Positions 1 through 12,228 of a stretch of DNA of 64,000 bases are shown here, in pieces (positions within the stretch are counted from its first letter, which is position 1; every line of letters begins with the position of its first letter). The notes beneath the pieces are model-generated. The model worked only from the letters and a program-made list of their open reading frames with translations. It did not search any database and had not been told where the DNA came from. A program made the position numbers and the translations under genes. The DNA comes from Thecamonas trahens ATCC 50062 (Eukaryota > Protista > Apusomonadida): the NCBI RefSeq assembly GCF_000142905.1, contig NW_013657617.1, forward strand, positions 1-64,000. The letters run 5' to 3'.

Positions 1-84
1 CGGCCTTGAGCCACACCGCAGAGTCGCCAGTGACAAGGCTATGGCTTGCAACAAGCGGAAGCACATGCTCGAACTCGGCGACCG

Positions 85-741
85 TCAAGTAGTCGGAGAA
101 GAGAACATGGACGCCCATCTCGGTCTTGGCACCAATGACAACCATGATGCGACTAGTCGGGAGACATGGCCAGAAGCCCGGAGGAAAGCAACCCGAATAG
201 GGATCTTCTTCTTCTCCCCGGCCGGCTCGGACAGCCTGAGACTCGCCCGCATCTTTTTCAGCATACGGTTGCGTGTTGCGGCCCAGGGCGAGTTTTGGTC
301 CACATCCCTGCACAAACGGTCGCGAGGCCTCATGCAAACATTTGGTGCTGCAATGGGACGGTCGGTCGTGTCTGCCCCAAAGCAGATGTCGTCGACGTAG
401 TGCTTTGCCCACGCCGAGTACTCGCCGAGCGCCCTTCGTTCGTCCCAAAACCCAGGGGTTTGCTTCGCGCCCATCGAAGCTCGTAGCATCGAGTACGAAG
501 CTCCGTCGTCAAGCATGACGGACATCAGCTCCGCCTTCTCGGCGTTGACCGGGCATGCCCAGAACGCCGAGCTGATGTCGAGGTAGGTGTAGCACTTGTG
601 GCGACCGAGGCCGAGGAGCACGTCGTTGACGGTCGAGGTCGTCAGTGGCGACGACATGATCAGGCTGGTACCCTGTGCGGCGAAGATCGGATGGACGTCA
701 TTTTGGTCCGTCTGCTGCTCTGTCGACGTGTTCATACTCAT
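85..741 (-). mobile_element. Degenerate LTR-retroelement (Ty3/Gypsy-like) reverse transcriptase fragment
   Basis: Translation has the RT motifs in order: TVNDVLLGLGRHKCYTYLDISSAFW (cf. RIDDLL...LDLxSGFW), RASMGAKQTPGF (cf. RMPFGLKNAPxxF) and YVDDI. The later WAATRNRMLKKMRASLRLSEP resembles the RT-RNase H connector. It looks 5'-truncated and internally deleted, and coding-like sequence continues in another frame to the window edge. Confidence 0.75.
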
Positions 742-3700
742 CACAAACGCTGAAACACACCAAACGAGGCGTTGAACGGTGGGATGGTACTGGGGTTGAG
801 CGCGATGACGTCACCGAGTGCGAAGCAGACATTGACGCGCGATCCGGCGGCGTCGGTCGGCGACAGAACCGTGCACGAGTCGACGACTGCAGTGCCGACC
901 GGAGGCAAGCTGTTGTCCCCAAGCCACAGCGATACTGTGGCGGCGGCGGGCATGTGCGAGACAATCGTCATGTCGGACAGCGGCCGCCCGAGGTTGGCCG
1001 TCACATCGAGTACGGTTGTTGTCGTGACCGACGAGGGGAGCGACGACGATGTGTTCGCCCACGAGAGCGTGACCTCACCGCTGCCCAGCGCCATGACGAC
1101 GCCGGCGCTTGTAACGTCCTGGCCCAACACTGTCCGCTTGCCCCCGCCGGCCGCATCGAAGTGGAACGTCAACTCACCGACGTACCCAACGGCACACCCG
1201 TTCAACTTCGACCGGTACGAGTACCCCAATATTGCAAGCTCGGCAGCGAAGAGTGCGGAGACTGGGGCGACCGGGAGAGGCGAGCCGTCTGGCCCAAGCC
1301 GCGCCACACACGAGGTGCCAAACGCAAAGCCCAGTGACTCCGGCGCGTTCGAGTCGTTACTACCTTCTGCGGACAGCGACGATACTGCACCATCGGTGAC
1401 AGCGAGGAAAATCGGGGCTGCGAGCGCGGCGAGCGGCATGGCTGGTAGCGGAAAGCCCGGCCGCCCACCAAACAGCTCAGCCGAAAATGCGCCGGCGAGA
1501 AAAACAGACCCGTCGTTGACATACACGCGTGCGACACCAGAATCCATCAGCGTCGCGTTGTTGGCAAACATAAACGCTATGTCGGTCCCGCCGGTCTTCC
1601 CTACCTCGACAACTGCGCCCGACCCATCCACACGCCCCGGTGCCTCGACAACAAGCACCGGGACGCCACCAAGCTCAAGCACAAATGGCGAGCCGCCAGT
1701 CACAACGTTGTCCACGCTCACCACTCCACCAGAGAACACAAACCGGAGCTCGCGTGGGTCGGCACCTGCAGTGATCACTGCCGTCCGCGGCGCGCCGGGC
1801 CATCCCGACTCACACACAATCTTCACTGGGCACGTGAGCCCAGTTATCACGCTCTGCGATCCGAACGTGAGGTGGTGTGTCCCCGGCCCCGACAACACGA
1901 GCGTGATCGACGCGGACGACGAGCACGAAGGCACAACAGTGGAAACCACCGCACCAGCCTCGGCACGAGCGGCGACGACGAGGGTCGCGTCTGGGATCGC
2001 CGACATGACCGACACGTTCACGCGCGCGCCTGCGCCGGCCGTCACGTCGAGATTCATCACTGGGATGTTGACCACGGCGACATGGTGGGTGCCCGAGACG
2101 GTTCCATTCGACGAGATAAGCGTGGCCCGCAGGAGGACGGTGAGCGCCTCGCCGGGAACTGCCGAGAGGGACACATTAGCCCGGTTCTGCGCCATCGCCG
2201 TGCTTCCGCGCCCGTCCACACTCACAGCGCCGCCGAGCGCCATAAAGTCGGGGAACAAAAACGTGTTGGCCGTCGACAGCGTCCCGAGCACCCGCACCGT
2301 CCTGTCCGTCGGGTTGGACGCCACCGTCAACACCTCAAACGACGGTGGCACCACCATAAGCGTCATCAGTTTTGGTGACACGTTGGCAGCCATAGCGTCA
2401 GCGCTTGCCCCACCAAGCACGTCCGACGCGGTGAGCCCTTCCGTCGACAAGTGGATGTGCGGCGCAGCCACAGCCATGGTCATGTTCCGGATTGAACCGG
2501 TCACTTGAACTGGCTGCCCGCTGTACACGCCCCAATCGCCACTGACGACCACGTTCGAAAACGGGACCGTCGAAACCGACGTCGAGCACGGAATGCCGCC
2601 GACGTTGAGCGGCGCAAACGCAACCGGCGACGAGATTGCGAGCGTGGTGCACGCGCCAGCCCCACCAAACCCTAGCCCCGCCGCCGACAACGGTCTGTAT
2701 CCAGACGGGCTGAGGTTGAATGCCGTCGACGTTGCATACTCGGCCTGGTTGGCCTCAATTGCCACGTCACCGCGCGGAACCTCGATAAATGGCGGCACAG
2801 CGTGCGCTTCAAACGTCGTCGGCACAGGCACAGCACTGCTCGACCCCACCGTGCTCGACACTGCCAGCGGGTGCGCCGTCACCAAGTACGCGCCGGTGAC
2901 AGAGACCGGACTGAGCCCAGGCTCACCAGCGAGCGCCGCCACGCGTCCAAACGCGTCAGCGTAAACGGACAAGAGCGCCCGGCCCGACGCCGCCGCAGAA
3001 ACTACGCAGCCGTTGCAACTCCGGCTCGGCCCACTCTCCATCACTGCACCCAAGTTGAGCAGCCCCGATGACGACATGACCGGCGATAGCGGCGGCGGCG
3101 CCCACGTCTCCGACCACAGCGTAAACATTTCGTCGACGTTAACAACGTTCCAACAGAGCGTGTGGAACGGACGCCACATGCAGAGCTTGACCCAGATACC
3201 GATCCCGCCTTCCAGTTGGAGACTCACCATGAACACCTTCTTGAACTCGCCACCGACGGCGGCAACCAGACGCATGATCTCGCCTTCGGTCACCCACTTA
3301 CCGTCGTTAACCGTTCCAATTCGCACTTGCCCGACAAGCAGCAGCTCGACCCAGGCTTCAGCCCGGATAAAGTAGACGTCAAACAACAGCCCGCCGCGAA
3401 TCCCGATCGCGGCCTTGAGCGGGTAGTGAAGCGAGCCGTCCGAGTTTCGCGCCTCAATGGCGACGCCCTCGAGCACGAGGAGCGGCTTGTGGTACTTGAC
3501 TGCGTCGACGAGGCCGGCCGACGTGAGCACAATGGGACCCGTGTCGATCGACACGGCCCACACCAGCTCGACGTCAACAAATAGAAACGCGTAAATCGGG
3601 AACCGCCAACCGACCACACCCATGGCCGCCACCGACGGAATGTCGAGCTGAACAAGCACCACGTCTGGGTTCCCGATTACCAACTCCACGAACAGCTGCC

Positions 3701-6700
3701 CATAGTTCCCATCCTCGAGCGCCGGAAACGAGAGCGCGACTGAGTCCATCACCTCGAGGCATGCAGCCTTGACCGACGATCCTCCTGGCCCCCAGTTCGT
3801 CACCGAGCTGCACACCACACCGTGAAGATCTCCCATTTCAAGTCGTTCTCCCACTCCGCCTTCCGCAACCGGAGTAGCCGTCGACCAGTCAACCGAGAAC
3901 GGCGTCCCACTTACCATCCCGTTGTCGTCGTTGCACATTCCCTCCATGCCTTCAGTGCCCAGCTTCTTCACAGCCGCCAGGATGTCGACAATCCGGATGT
4001 ACAGCTCGACAACTGTCACAATGCTCTTCAGGTCGTCGCACGTCCGCGCGTCCGACTCGACAGCATAGCACACGTCGACAAGCAAGTCGAGAATGTCGGT
4101 TCGCTGCCCGATAAGAAACTCGGCAATCGGGATGTTCTCCTGCAAGATGTCAAGCCGGTCATTAATTGGCCCAATCCACGCCCCGATCTTGTCAACGACG
4201 CCGACGAGGAGCGAGCCGATGTACGAGCCGAGACAAAACTTGAAACCCGTGACCTCGAACGAGTGTGGGACCGTCGTCACAACACCACTCCCCGTTGAAA
4301 ACCCAAACGTGCTCACAAACGTTCCCACCATCCGCGGGTACTGGTTGAGTACGCGCGGAATGTTCGAGTGCGCCGCTGCCCCAAACGCAACGCCGATGTT
4401 GCCCGCACCACCAAGCCCTCCCACAGCCTCCATAGTCAAACTCCACCTACCCGTTGCCGGCGCCCGGAGGACCTCGACCTGCGCCCCAAACCCGGTGTAT
4501 CGCGGGTCCATCACAATGTCCATAAACCCTGCGCCAAACCGCCCGACTGCTGAACAGCTTTCCGCTGGGTACGGTGGAAGTGCGAGCATGAGCTCGCCTC
4601 GTCCCACCACCTCTTCTGGGAACGTCACGCTGATCCCGTGTGTCATCCGCGCGTTGAGGTTGAACGACAACGTAAGGTTAGCCACCAGGTTAATGTTGCA
4701 GTCCAGCTCGAGCTCCACTGCAGGCCGCCCGTGCGCAAGCTGATGGGTCACCGACTCGACCAACTGGCGCCGGATCACGTCCACAAACCGGAATGGCCAC
4801 ACGTACTGCTTGTCGTGAACGTTAGGTGGTTCCATGGGAACGAGACCGTACGGCTCGAACACGTCGTTGAGCACAGCCGTGATGATGTCGAGCGCAATCT
4901 GGCCGAGCTGATCCAGGTCACCAAGCGTCAGCTTTGCATCGGCCAGCAGCGCATCGAGCTTCGACGAGATGCCCACCTTGAGCAGCTTTTCCACGTCGGC
5001 CGACATGAGGTCGTTAAAAAAAGCCGAGATGAGTTCCCACGGTAGCTTGCCCAAAAACGCCACGTCCGCCCCACCCCACACCCCAATGTTGAACAAATCC
5101 GAGGTGAGCCCAGCCAAGAACTGCTCGAGCGCTCCAAACAACGCGCCCGGGTCCCGCGCCATCCACTACGAAAAATCTCGACTTGATGATGGCGTTGATG
5201 ATAGCTTGGACGAGCTCGGCCTTATTGGTGCACAACGGACCAGTCACACTTGTGTCCGGCGCTGCGCCGTTGAGGAAAGCGTGGAGCGACGGGACCGAAA
5301 CTTCGAGCACACACACGACGTTGGGCGCAGGTTCGAGCGTGCCCTTGATCAGCGCTGCACCGTCAATGGTTACGCGGCCAGCCGGTGGTGCGGTGGTCGA
5401 GAGGTCGATCTCAGCTCTCGCCGCCCCACTCCCTCCACCCAGCTTCCCGACTTCAACGATCGAGTTGACCATCGGGAAGTCGAGCGACCCAAACGTGACG
5501 TCAAACGTACCTTGCGCGTCAAGCTCAAACGTGACTACCACATGGGACCCAGACGCCAATGCCACAATCACTGGCCCACCCTCACCCAGCCCAGAGATCA
5601 CCACCTCGAGCTCGATAGACACGCTAACACCAGCTACGAGTGCACCGGCTGTTGAGAGACCCACGCCAATTTTGTCGGAGTCGAACATTGTGACAGGGTT
5701 GAGCGCCAGCGTCTCCTTCGAGTCGGCTCGCCACGGATGCGACGTGACCACCGGGATGGTGATCGTATCTGGGGTAGCTCTCCCGCCACCCATGCACGTG
5801 GCACCCGGCGCCACGTCGGCCATCACCGAGTTGCACAGCTTGGTCACCGTCATGTGCCCACCAGACGCGCACGTGCTTGCTGCTAGCGCTGCCAGTGCCT
5901 TGGACGCCGTCTCGATGATGGGGGCGGCAAAGGACGACGTGATGCCTGGGAGCGGAGTGTGGAGCGAAACCTCGGACTCGAGAGCCTCGCCCACCGCTGC
6001 GAGTGTAGCTGAGAACGCCGAGCACAGCGTGGTGTTGTGAACAAGCGCGCTTTCCACCATTGCCACAGTCGAGCTCGGCCCAGTGACCGACGGGCGGAGC
6101 GTGGTCGCGCTGGCTACCGCGCCAAACAGGGCAGCGTGCGACACAATGTTGCCGTCGACGCCGGCCTGCAGCTGCACCGTGTCGAGCGGGTCGACGCCGG
6201 CCGTGGCAATGTCGAGCTCAACACCAGCTGCAGCAATTGCCGTCACCGACGTGAACGACAATTCCCACATATCATAAAACCGGGCGTTGGACGAGTGCGA
6301 TCCGCTTGCCGCAGCAGAAGTTGTTGGCCACATCTCAGGCGTCGCTCCCGGCGGAAGCCGCAGCGTCAAAGAGACTGCGGCTGATGTCGACGCGCTCACT
6401 CCGTCTGCGCTGAACCCGAGAATCCCGTACGCGCCGGAAGCAGAACCCGCAGACGTCGCTGCCGCTGCCACCATCGAATACGATGTGGCGCCGACGAGCT
6501 GGCGGATCCGCGGGATCTCGCGACCGAGCCGCTTCGGGAGACCGGGAATGTAGCGCGGGACATCGACGGCAAGCGAGATCGGGACGGCAAGCGCCCCGCC
6601 GTAGAGCGACGGTGGGAGATACGCGGCACCGAGTCCGTACTGGAGCTGCCGACTCGTCCGGTTCGACCACGCTCGCGGCTCGATCACCTTCCACACTGCA

Positions 6701-7722
6701 GTGGCCGACACGACCCCATCGCTCGTCGCGCCCAACGCGCTTGGCAGCGCGTCGACAACGAGGGCACCAGGCTCGAGGTGAAGCGTAGTGTTGACGACGA
6801 CGCGTGTCGGCGTTGCGACAGTTGACCTGTTGGCCAGCCGTGGGTACAGGTCGACGACGGCTGTGAGAACGACGGTGGTGTTGGCGGCCGGCACACGTGC
6901 CGTATCGATGGAAAGGTGAGCGCCTGCGGCCGCTGCCATTGGCGAAAAAGCGGTCGACACGGTCGTGTTTGACGTCACGCCGGGGCTGCACCCCAGCAGT
7001 ACGCCGTATGTTGTCGTTGCAGTCACGTTCACGAAAACGTCCACCGGGTCCGTTGCAGGAGCGTCGAGTGTGAGTCGGACAAGCGAGTTGTCGGCGGCAA
7101 CCGAATTGGCAACAACCGACGGATGGAGGGTGAGCGGGGTGGTGAGCGACGTCTCGAGGTCGAGCGCAATAAACGGGAGCGACGACGGAAAGTACTCGCC
7201 GCTGTCGGTCGGCGACGTGCTCGGGATGGGCGCACACGACGCCGTGCTCGACGCCACTCGCGAGACGAGAGGAACGACAGTGGAGCGTGTGGTCGATCCG
7301 GAAGCAACAGGCGGTGCAATGAGGGCCGTGAACATGGCCGCCGCGTCGGGAAACGACGACGCTTGCGGGACAACCGCAGACGAGAGAATGATCGGCGTCT
7401 TCACAAAGGTACCTTCCGCTGCCGTTCCCGTGCTCCTTATCTCGGCGCGAGCGACAAGCCCTCCAACCGAGGGGGAAAAGGCGATTGAGCCACACGGTGC
7501 TGTCGGTGCTCCATGCCCAAAGCCAGCCGCATAATCGGGCGATTGGCGACAGGGTCATCGACGTCGTCCGGTTCGTTGTCCCGTCGGAGCGAAGCGGCGC
7601 GGCCTTGCGCTGCTACAGTCCTCTGCCGAATCCACCGCCGGAAAAAAACATTGTGGCAGCCAAGCCTCTCTCTCCAACATGAAGAAAGGGACAAGCATAC
7701 CCAGCATGGTAACGACACTCAT
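741..7722 (-). CDS. Giant (~2300 aa) putative surface/secreted beta-rich protein, disrupted (possibly a pseudogene)
   Basis: ORFs 5014..7404 and 741..5162 overlap in different frames, with the junction at ~5163-5182. The 7404 frame stays open upstream to a TGA at 7555-7557, with a probable further shift near 7537. Rich in Ala/Val/Ser/Thr/Gly. The 5' end is uncertain. Confidence 0.7.
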
Positions 7723-8767
7723 GATTGTGAGCGAAGGGTGTCGTTCGAAGGAGACCCCTGTGTCAGTAGAGGTGCTGACAACAGGGAGCGTAGGTGGTCT
7801 GGCTTCCTTGCCTCCCACCGTCATCTGTGCGGTGGGGCCATGGCCGGCGCTCGCCGGCCACCCTCCGCACTCCCGCCCGCACGCCCTTGTCTTTACCCCA
7901 GCAGAGACGACAAAGGAGGTGTACAACGAGGTGGTCGGGAAGCTGTGTGTGCTCAATGGCATGGTGGGAAGGGATGAACGCTTCTTGGTCGCAGCCATTG
8001 ACGACGCTCTTGGATCGTACACGCTCGCTGTGGGCGCCAGCGGCACGTCGCTTGTCGGCTTCGTGCTACCGCCACCAAAAATCGAGAACAACAAGCTGAT
8101 CGGGACTGCCACAGCGCTGGGTAAGCATGGATGCGGGCTGATGGAATTACCTCTGCCTCCGGCAAAGCGGCAGAAGCCGCTCGTGGAACGCCAACGGGAA
8201 GCTGACGACTTGAAGTCCTTTCCACGTATGGTCCTCCATACGGCTGTGGTGCTCGGGGGCGGATTGAGCGAAAGCCAACTTGTCACCGCTGCGCGCGAGG
8301 CCCTGGAAGCTGCGGCTCCGCATACGCGTGTGACAACAGCCACACTCTTGAGTGCGCTCGGCTCACTGAGTGCTGTCGTTGTCGTCCGCCGTCCGACTGG
8401 GAGGGCGAACGTAGGCTCGATCGCACAGGATGCCATCCTGCGGTGGATGGCATCAGCTGGTCTGTGGCTGAACGATGTAGCCATCGAGAACGTGTGCAAG
8501 CGGGTGAACATGGTACCCGGACACCAGTGGACATCTGACGAGCTCAAGCGATGGCGTACTGATTGGGATCAAGCCGGCGAGGCTGAGCGTGTGCGGCAGG
8601 AGCTGGATGCTGCGTTTGGCAGACTCGAGACTTCGTTCAACGCGGACTGGACATTTGACACGTTCCCGATTAGCACTGATGGCTTGCTGGACTTCTTGGA
8701 AGCCACGCCTACGATGGCTGCCGCGACACTAACCCCGACGGTTGACGTGAGCGAGTTTCTCCGCTGA
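7679..8767 (+). CDS. Hypothetical protein (362 aa), NLS-like PPAKRQK
   Basis: Long ORF with protein-like composition and no recognised domain. The start is uncertain because it overlaps the 5' end of the opposite-strand giant gene. Confidence 0.45.
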   Translation: MKKGTSIPSMVTTLMIVSEGCRSKETPVSVEVLTTGSVGGLASLPPTVICAVGPWPALAGHPPHSRPHALVFTPAETTKEVYNEVVGKLCVLNGMVGRDERFLVAAIDDALGSYTLAVGASGTSLVGFVLPPPKIENNKLIGTATALGKHGCGLMELPLPPAKRQKPLVERQREADDLKSFPRMVLHTAVVLGGGLSESQLVTAAREALEAAAPHTRVTTATLLSALGSLSAVVVVRRPTGRANVGSIAQDAILRWMASAGLWLNDVAIENVCKRVNMVPGHQWTSDELKRWRTDWDQAGEAERVRQELDAAFGRLETSFNADWTFDTFPISTDGLLDFLEATPTMAAATLTPTVDVSEFLR

Positions 8768-9501
8768 CGCCTTGTCTCTTCCAACTCTCGACGCGGTAGC
8801 GCTCTAGGCGAACAGGCGCGTCCATGAACGTGTATGGGAAAGAGCAGGCCACTAAGAAGCATCGACATCAAGAGGTGCTTGTGGGTCTGTCGGAGCCGTG
8901 ACGGTCTCCGACTCCCTGCCTCCCACTTGCTCACGGTCAAGGAGCGGTAAATGATGCGGCCCGCTGCGTGCCGCACTTCCGATCTCCTTTCAGCACTCAA
9001 CACCTCCGGACAATCATCCCCCATCAGCCAGGCCGCCACTGATGCTAGCGACGACAGCCACGCCGCGGAATCTGCCCATCATCGCCCTCCGGCACCACAC
9101 ACCGGCCTGCCCGCCGGCCAGCCGCCGGACTATCTGGTCTGGGCCAGTCCACGCCCCTCGCTCCCCGCCACCTCAACCACCACCCAACCCCCTGCCCGAC
9201 CGTCCAAGGCAGGCATTGTGGCGGACCTTGTCGCGCTCCGTCGTGAGCTAGCTCGCTTCCTCACTAGATAAGGGCTAGGGAGATATCGGTACTGGAGCGG
9301 GGCACCGGGATGGGCAACTCGCACTTCGGCAGCAGCGTCGCGTACTTGCTGCTGCTGACTCTTAGCGCAATCAAGGGTAAGTCCTGGTCGTTCATTTCAA
9401 CCACGTCGAGCGCGACCGTTAATCGCCATGACTACCTGCGGCCAACGAGATAGAGCGCGCGGGAACGACGTTCATGACTCAAGATCTTTATCGCTTCTCC
9501 C

Positions 9502-10341
9502 TCAGGACGCCTGCAGCAGGCCAGCACGCTCGCCCACCGGCTCGTTTGGGCGCCGCATGTACCATACACCTGAAACCGAAAGAACAATACAGGCAGCAAC
9601 ACTTCCGGCAATAATCGCTATCGTGAGTGTGGAAGGGGGTGGAGATGACGCCGACGCAGATTGGGTGGTAGATCCAGAGGATCCTGACGTGGGATCAGTC
9701 GTGCCACCGCTTGATCCACTGCCACTCGTGCCGCCGCTCGATGTACCGCTCGAGCTGCTGCTTGAGCCCGATTCGACCTCCACACTTGCCGACCTCACCA
9801 GCAAGTCGCAAGTTTCAAAAACGTTCCCGCAGTGGTAGCCAATGGCGACGATAAACGACCCGCCATCCGGTGACCCGATATATCCCGAAGTACAGGACGA
9901 AGAAGAACAAGTACCGATCTTGTCGTGAATGTATGAAATGTCATTGCACTGCTCCTGGATGGTCTTGCCAGAGATGACATCAACAACAGCAAATGCAACA
10001 TTGAAGTCGTCGTTGTCAGTACTGACAACATCAGTTGACGCGACAGCCAAAGCAGAGGGAGAGTTAATCATGCAGCACATCCATGTGGTATCATAGCTGA
10101 GGACTTGGAAGGAACCACTGTTGAAGTTGCAGCCGGCTCCCCATGTGCGACTTGTCATCACGTGAGCAGAGGCGCCCCCGAGCTCGTCCGCGCCCGACTG
10201 CGACAACGAAAAATGTGAGTCGATAGCAGACATGGTTCACCGGACAGATCCTCCCAACAGATGGCTTACATGCACCGACGCACCTCTGGCGGTGAGTACA
10301 CAAGCAAATACAACCACAGCTATGACCTGAAGCAAGTGCAT
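9502..10341 (-). CDS. Small type-I membrane protein with Cys-containing ectodomain, Ser/Gly stalk and one intron
   Basis: Signal peptide MHLLQVIAVVVFACVLTARG. A 72-nt GTAAGC...ACTCAC...CAG intron (10198-10269) joins it in frame to ORF 9502..10233. C-terminal TM IAIIAGSVAACIVLSVSGVWYM followed by RR. Confidence 0.8.
10198..10269 (-). other. Spliceosomal intron
   Basis: GTAAGC donor, ACTCAC branch-like site, pyrimidine tract and CAG acceptor. Removal restores the frame (ASVH|SGADE). Confidence 0.8.
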
Positions 10342-10830
10342 GTTATGTTCAAGTGTAATGCGAGTGGAGTGACTTGTGAAAAGATGCGCTGTGCGGCAGG
10401 AGCGGGGACGTGGTCCCATCCCAACTTTCACTCGCCTGCGACACCAAGGAGAATGGCGCGTCGCCACATGCACATACTGCTCACAGGCCCACATCGGTAT
10501 CACCGGCCATTGTCGTTTCAGTAGTTGCTGTAGTAGTCCGTATCGACAGTTGCGAATGCCTTCAATGCTGTACTACTTCGAGCGTGAAATCGGCGCGGTT
10601 TTGACTCCGCGACGACTTCCGCTCGAACCCAATGGAGCCTCGTTGCCTGGCAACGAGTCGGAGCGGTAGCAATAGTACTCATTCACCCATGCACAACTTT
10701 GCCGAGAAGAGGAAGCAGGGCCTGGACGATAAGGCAGCCGACGCCAGATGTCAACAAAAGATGGTCGTTTGTCAGGCGTGTGGATGTCTATCGGGCTACC
10801 AAGATATCATCATCAGCGCGATAGATGTCA

Positions 10831-11262
10831 TCAATAGATGATGTCGATGACGAGATCTTCGTAGGTGCACTCAAAGATGCTGAGGCAATGAAGACCAACT
10901 GCAGCAAACACCCGGGTGCCAGAAATGCCCCTTGCAGAGAACGTTGCCGTGGACGGCGAGTTAGAATCGAACGTCGGGGAGTTGAACTGCTGGAAGTAGT
11001 TTGTGAGCTTGGATGGATCTGCCCCGTTGCAATCGAAGCCGTTGGAGAAAAAGCCACCAATGACGGTTGCCGACTTGCTGCTGCTAGACAAGCTGATGTT
11101 GCCTTGGAAGCTGTTGACGGACTCTGGCAGAGGGCAGCACCAGACCATACCAGCCCGAGGATGGTCCGTTGTGACCGTGCCAAGGTCCATGTAGCACGGG
11201 AGGCTAGAGACCGTGGCGACGAACGCAGCGAGAACAAGCAAGGTAATCGTGATAGTCTGCAT
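10831..11262 (-). CDS. Small secreted Cys-containing protein
   Basis: Signal peptide MQTITITLLVLAAFVATVSS. The mature domain of ~120 aa has WCC and GLHCLSIFEC motifs. Confidence 0.7.
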   Translation of the reverse strand: MQTITITLLVLAAFVATVSSLPCYMDLGTVTTDHPRAGMVWCCPLPESVNSFQGNISLSSSSKSATVIGGFFSNGFDCNGADPSKLTNYFQQFNSPTFDSNSPSTATFSARGISGTRVFAAVGLHCLSIFECTYEDLVIDIIY

Positions 11263-11610
11263 GCTGAGTATTACGACAGTAGACGTCGCGAAGAGTCTGG
11301 AGATAAGTGCAGGTATCTGTGATTTAGCCATCACGACTGCAACAGACTAATTTATCTGTCAACTTCGGCTGCAGCCACAAGCCACAATTCAGGTGCAACT
11401 GTCGATTCATACTGCTGCTAGCCTGCTGCAGCACTCGACTCTATCTGACAGGAACGTCGGCGCATTCGTAAGCACATGTGCATCATGTATGCTACAAAGG
11501 ATCGTGGTGAACTTGCTGTGTGTGACACCTGAGTGGGATGCAGCACGAGAGTTGCCTGCTGACTTATTTGAGCGAGGGCGAGGAGCCCGAGGGTGGCGAG
11601 GTGTAGGAAA

Positions 11611-12228
11611 ATGATGATGTTCGCTGTTTTTTCGGCCGTTGCTATTCTCTTTGCGAGGCCGACAACCAGCCAGAGCACGTACTACCGCTTCGCAACGCAG
11701 CAGCTCGAGACATCGAGCTGGTTTGCCTTCCCTGACGAGGCGGGCTGTGCTGCTGCGGCAGCTGTAGTTCCGGGTGAATGTGGATTCTCCTGCGCTGGCG
11801 GCGTCGGTACTTTCTCTGGCATTAGCGAGTCCGGGAGTGTTGACTATTGCTGGCTGCAACTCCCTCAGGGCTCCAGTTTCAGCAACTTTCAATTTGTTGC
11901 CAGCGGCTTAATTCCGGACAACAGTGACTGTACTGATGGCGGTTTCCCTATCTACGACAACACAGGCTGCCTTGTCTCATCCACAAGGGCAGTGGCTAAG
12001 GCGTTGTACTCGTCGTATGAAGAATGCGAGCTTGCGGTGGCGTCCATTGAGAAGAACAATCCCGGCACATGCTTGTACTCTTGCATGGGTCAGTTCTTGA
12101 CTGTGGTTCCATATACCAATGCATGCCGTTTCCCATTCTGGTTCTTCGCTTTCGGGTACACTCCAACGACTGTAGAGTTCCTTCCGCCAACCTGGACGAA
12201 CATCACCGAGACCTCCAAGCACAAGTAA
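11611..12228 (+). CDS. Secreted Cys-rich protein with internal duplication
   Basis: Signal peptide MMMFAVFSAVAILFA. Two copies of a C..A..PGxCx(F/Y)SCxG motif. Confidence 0.7.
   Translation: MMMFAVFSAVAILFARPTTSQSTYYRFATQQLETSSWFAFPDEAGCAAAAAVVPGECGFSCAGGVGTFSGISESGSVDYCWLQLPQGSSFSNFQFVASGLIPDNSDCTDGGFPIYDNTGCLVSSTRAVAKALYSSYEECELAVASIEKNNPGTCLYSCMGQFLTVVPYTNACRFPFWFFAFGYTPTTVEFLPPTWTNITETSKHK

Noticed and set aside
85-5162. Diversity-generating retroelement (RT beside a surface protein)
   Set aside because: The RT motifs are LTR-type rather than DGR-type, and no template/variable repeat pair differing at adenines was seen.
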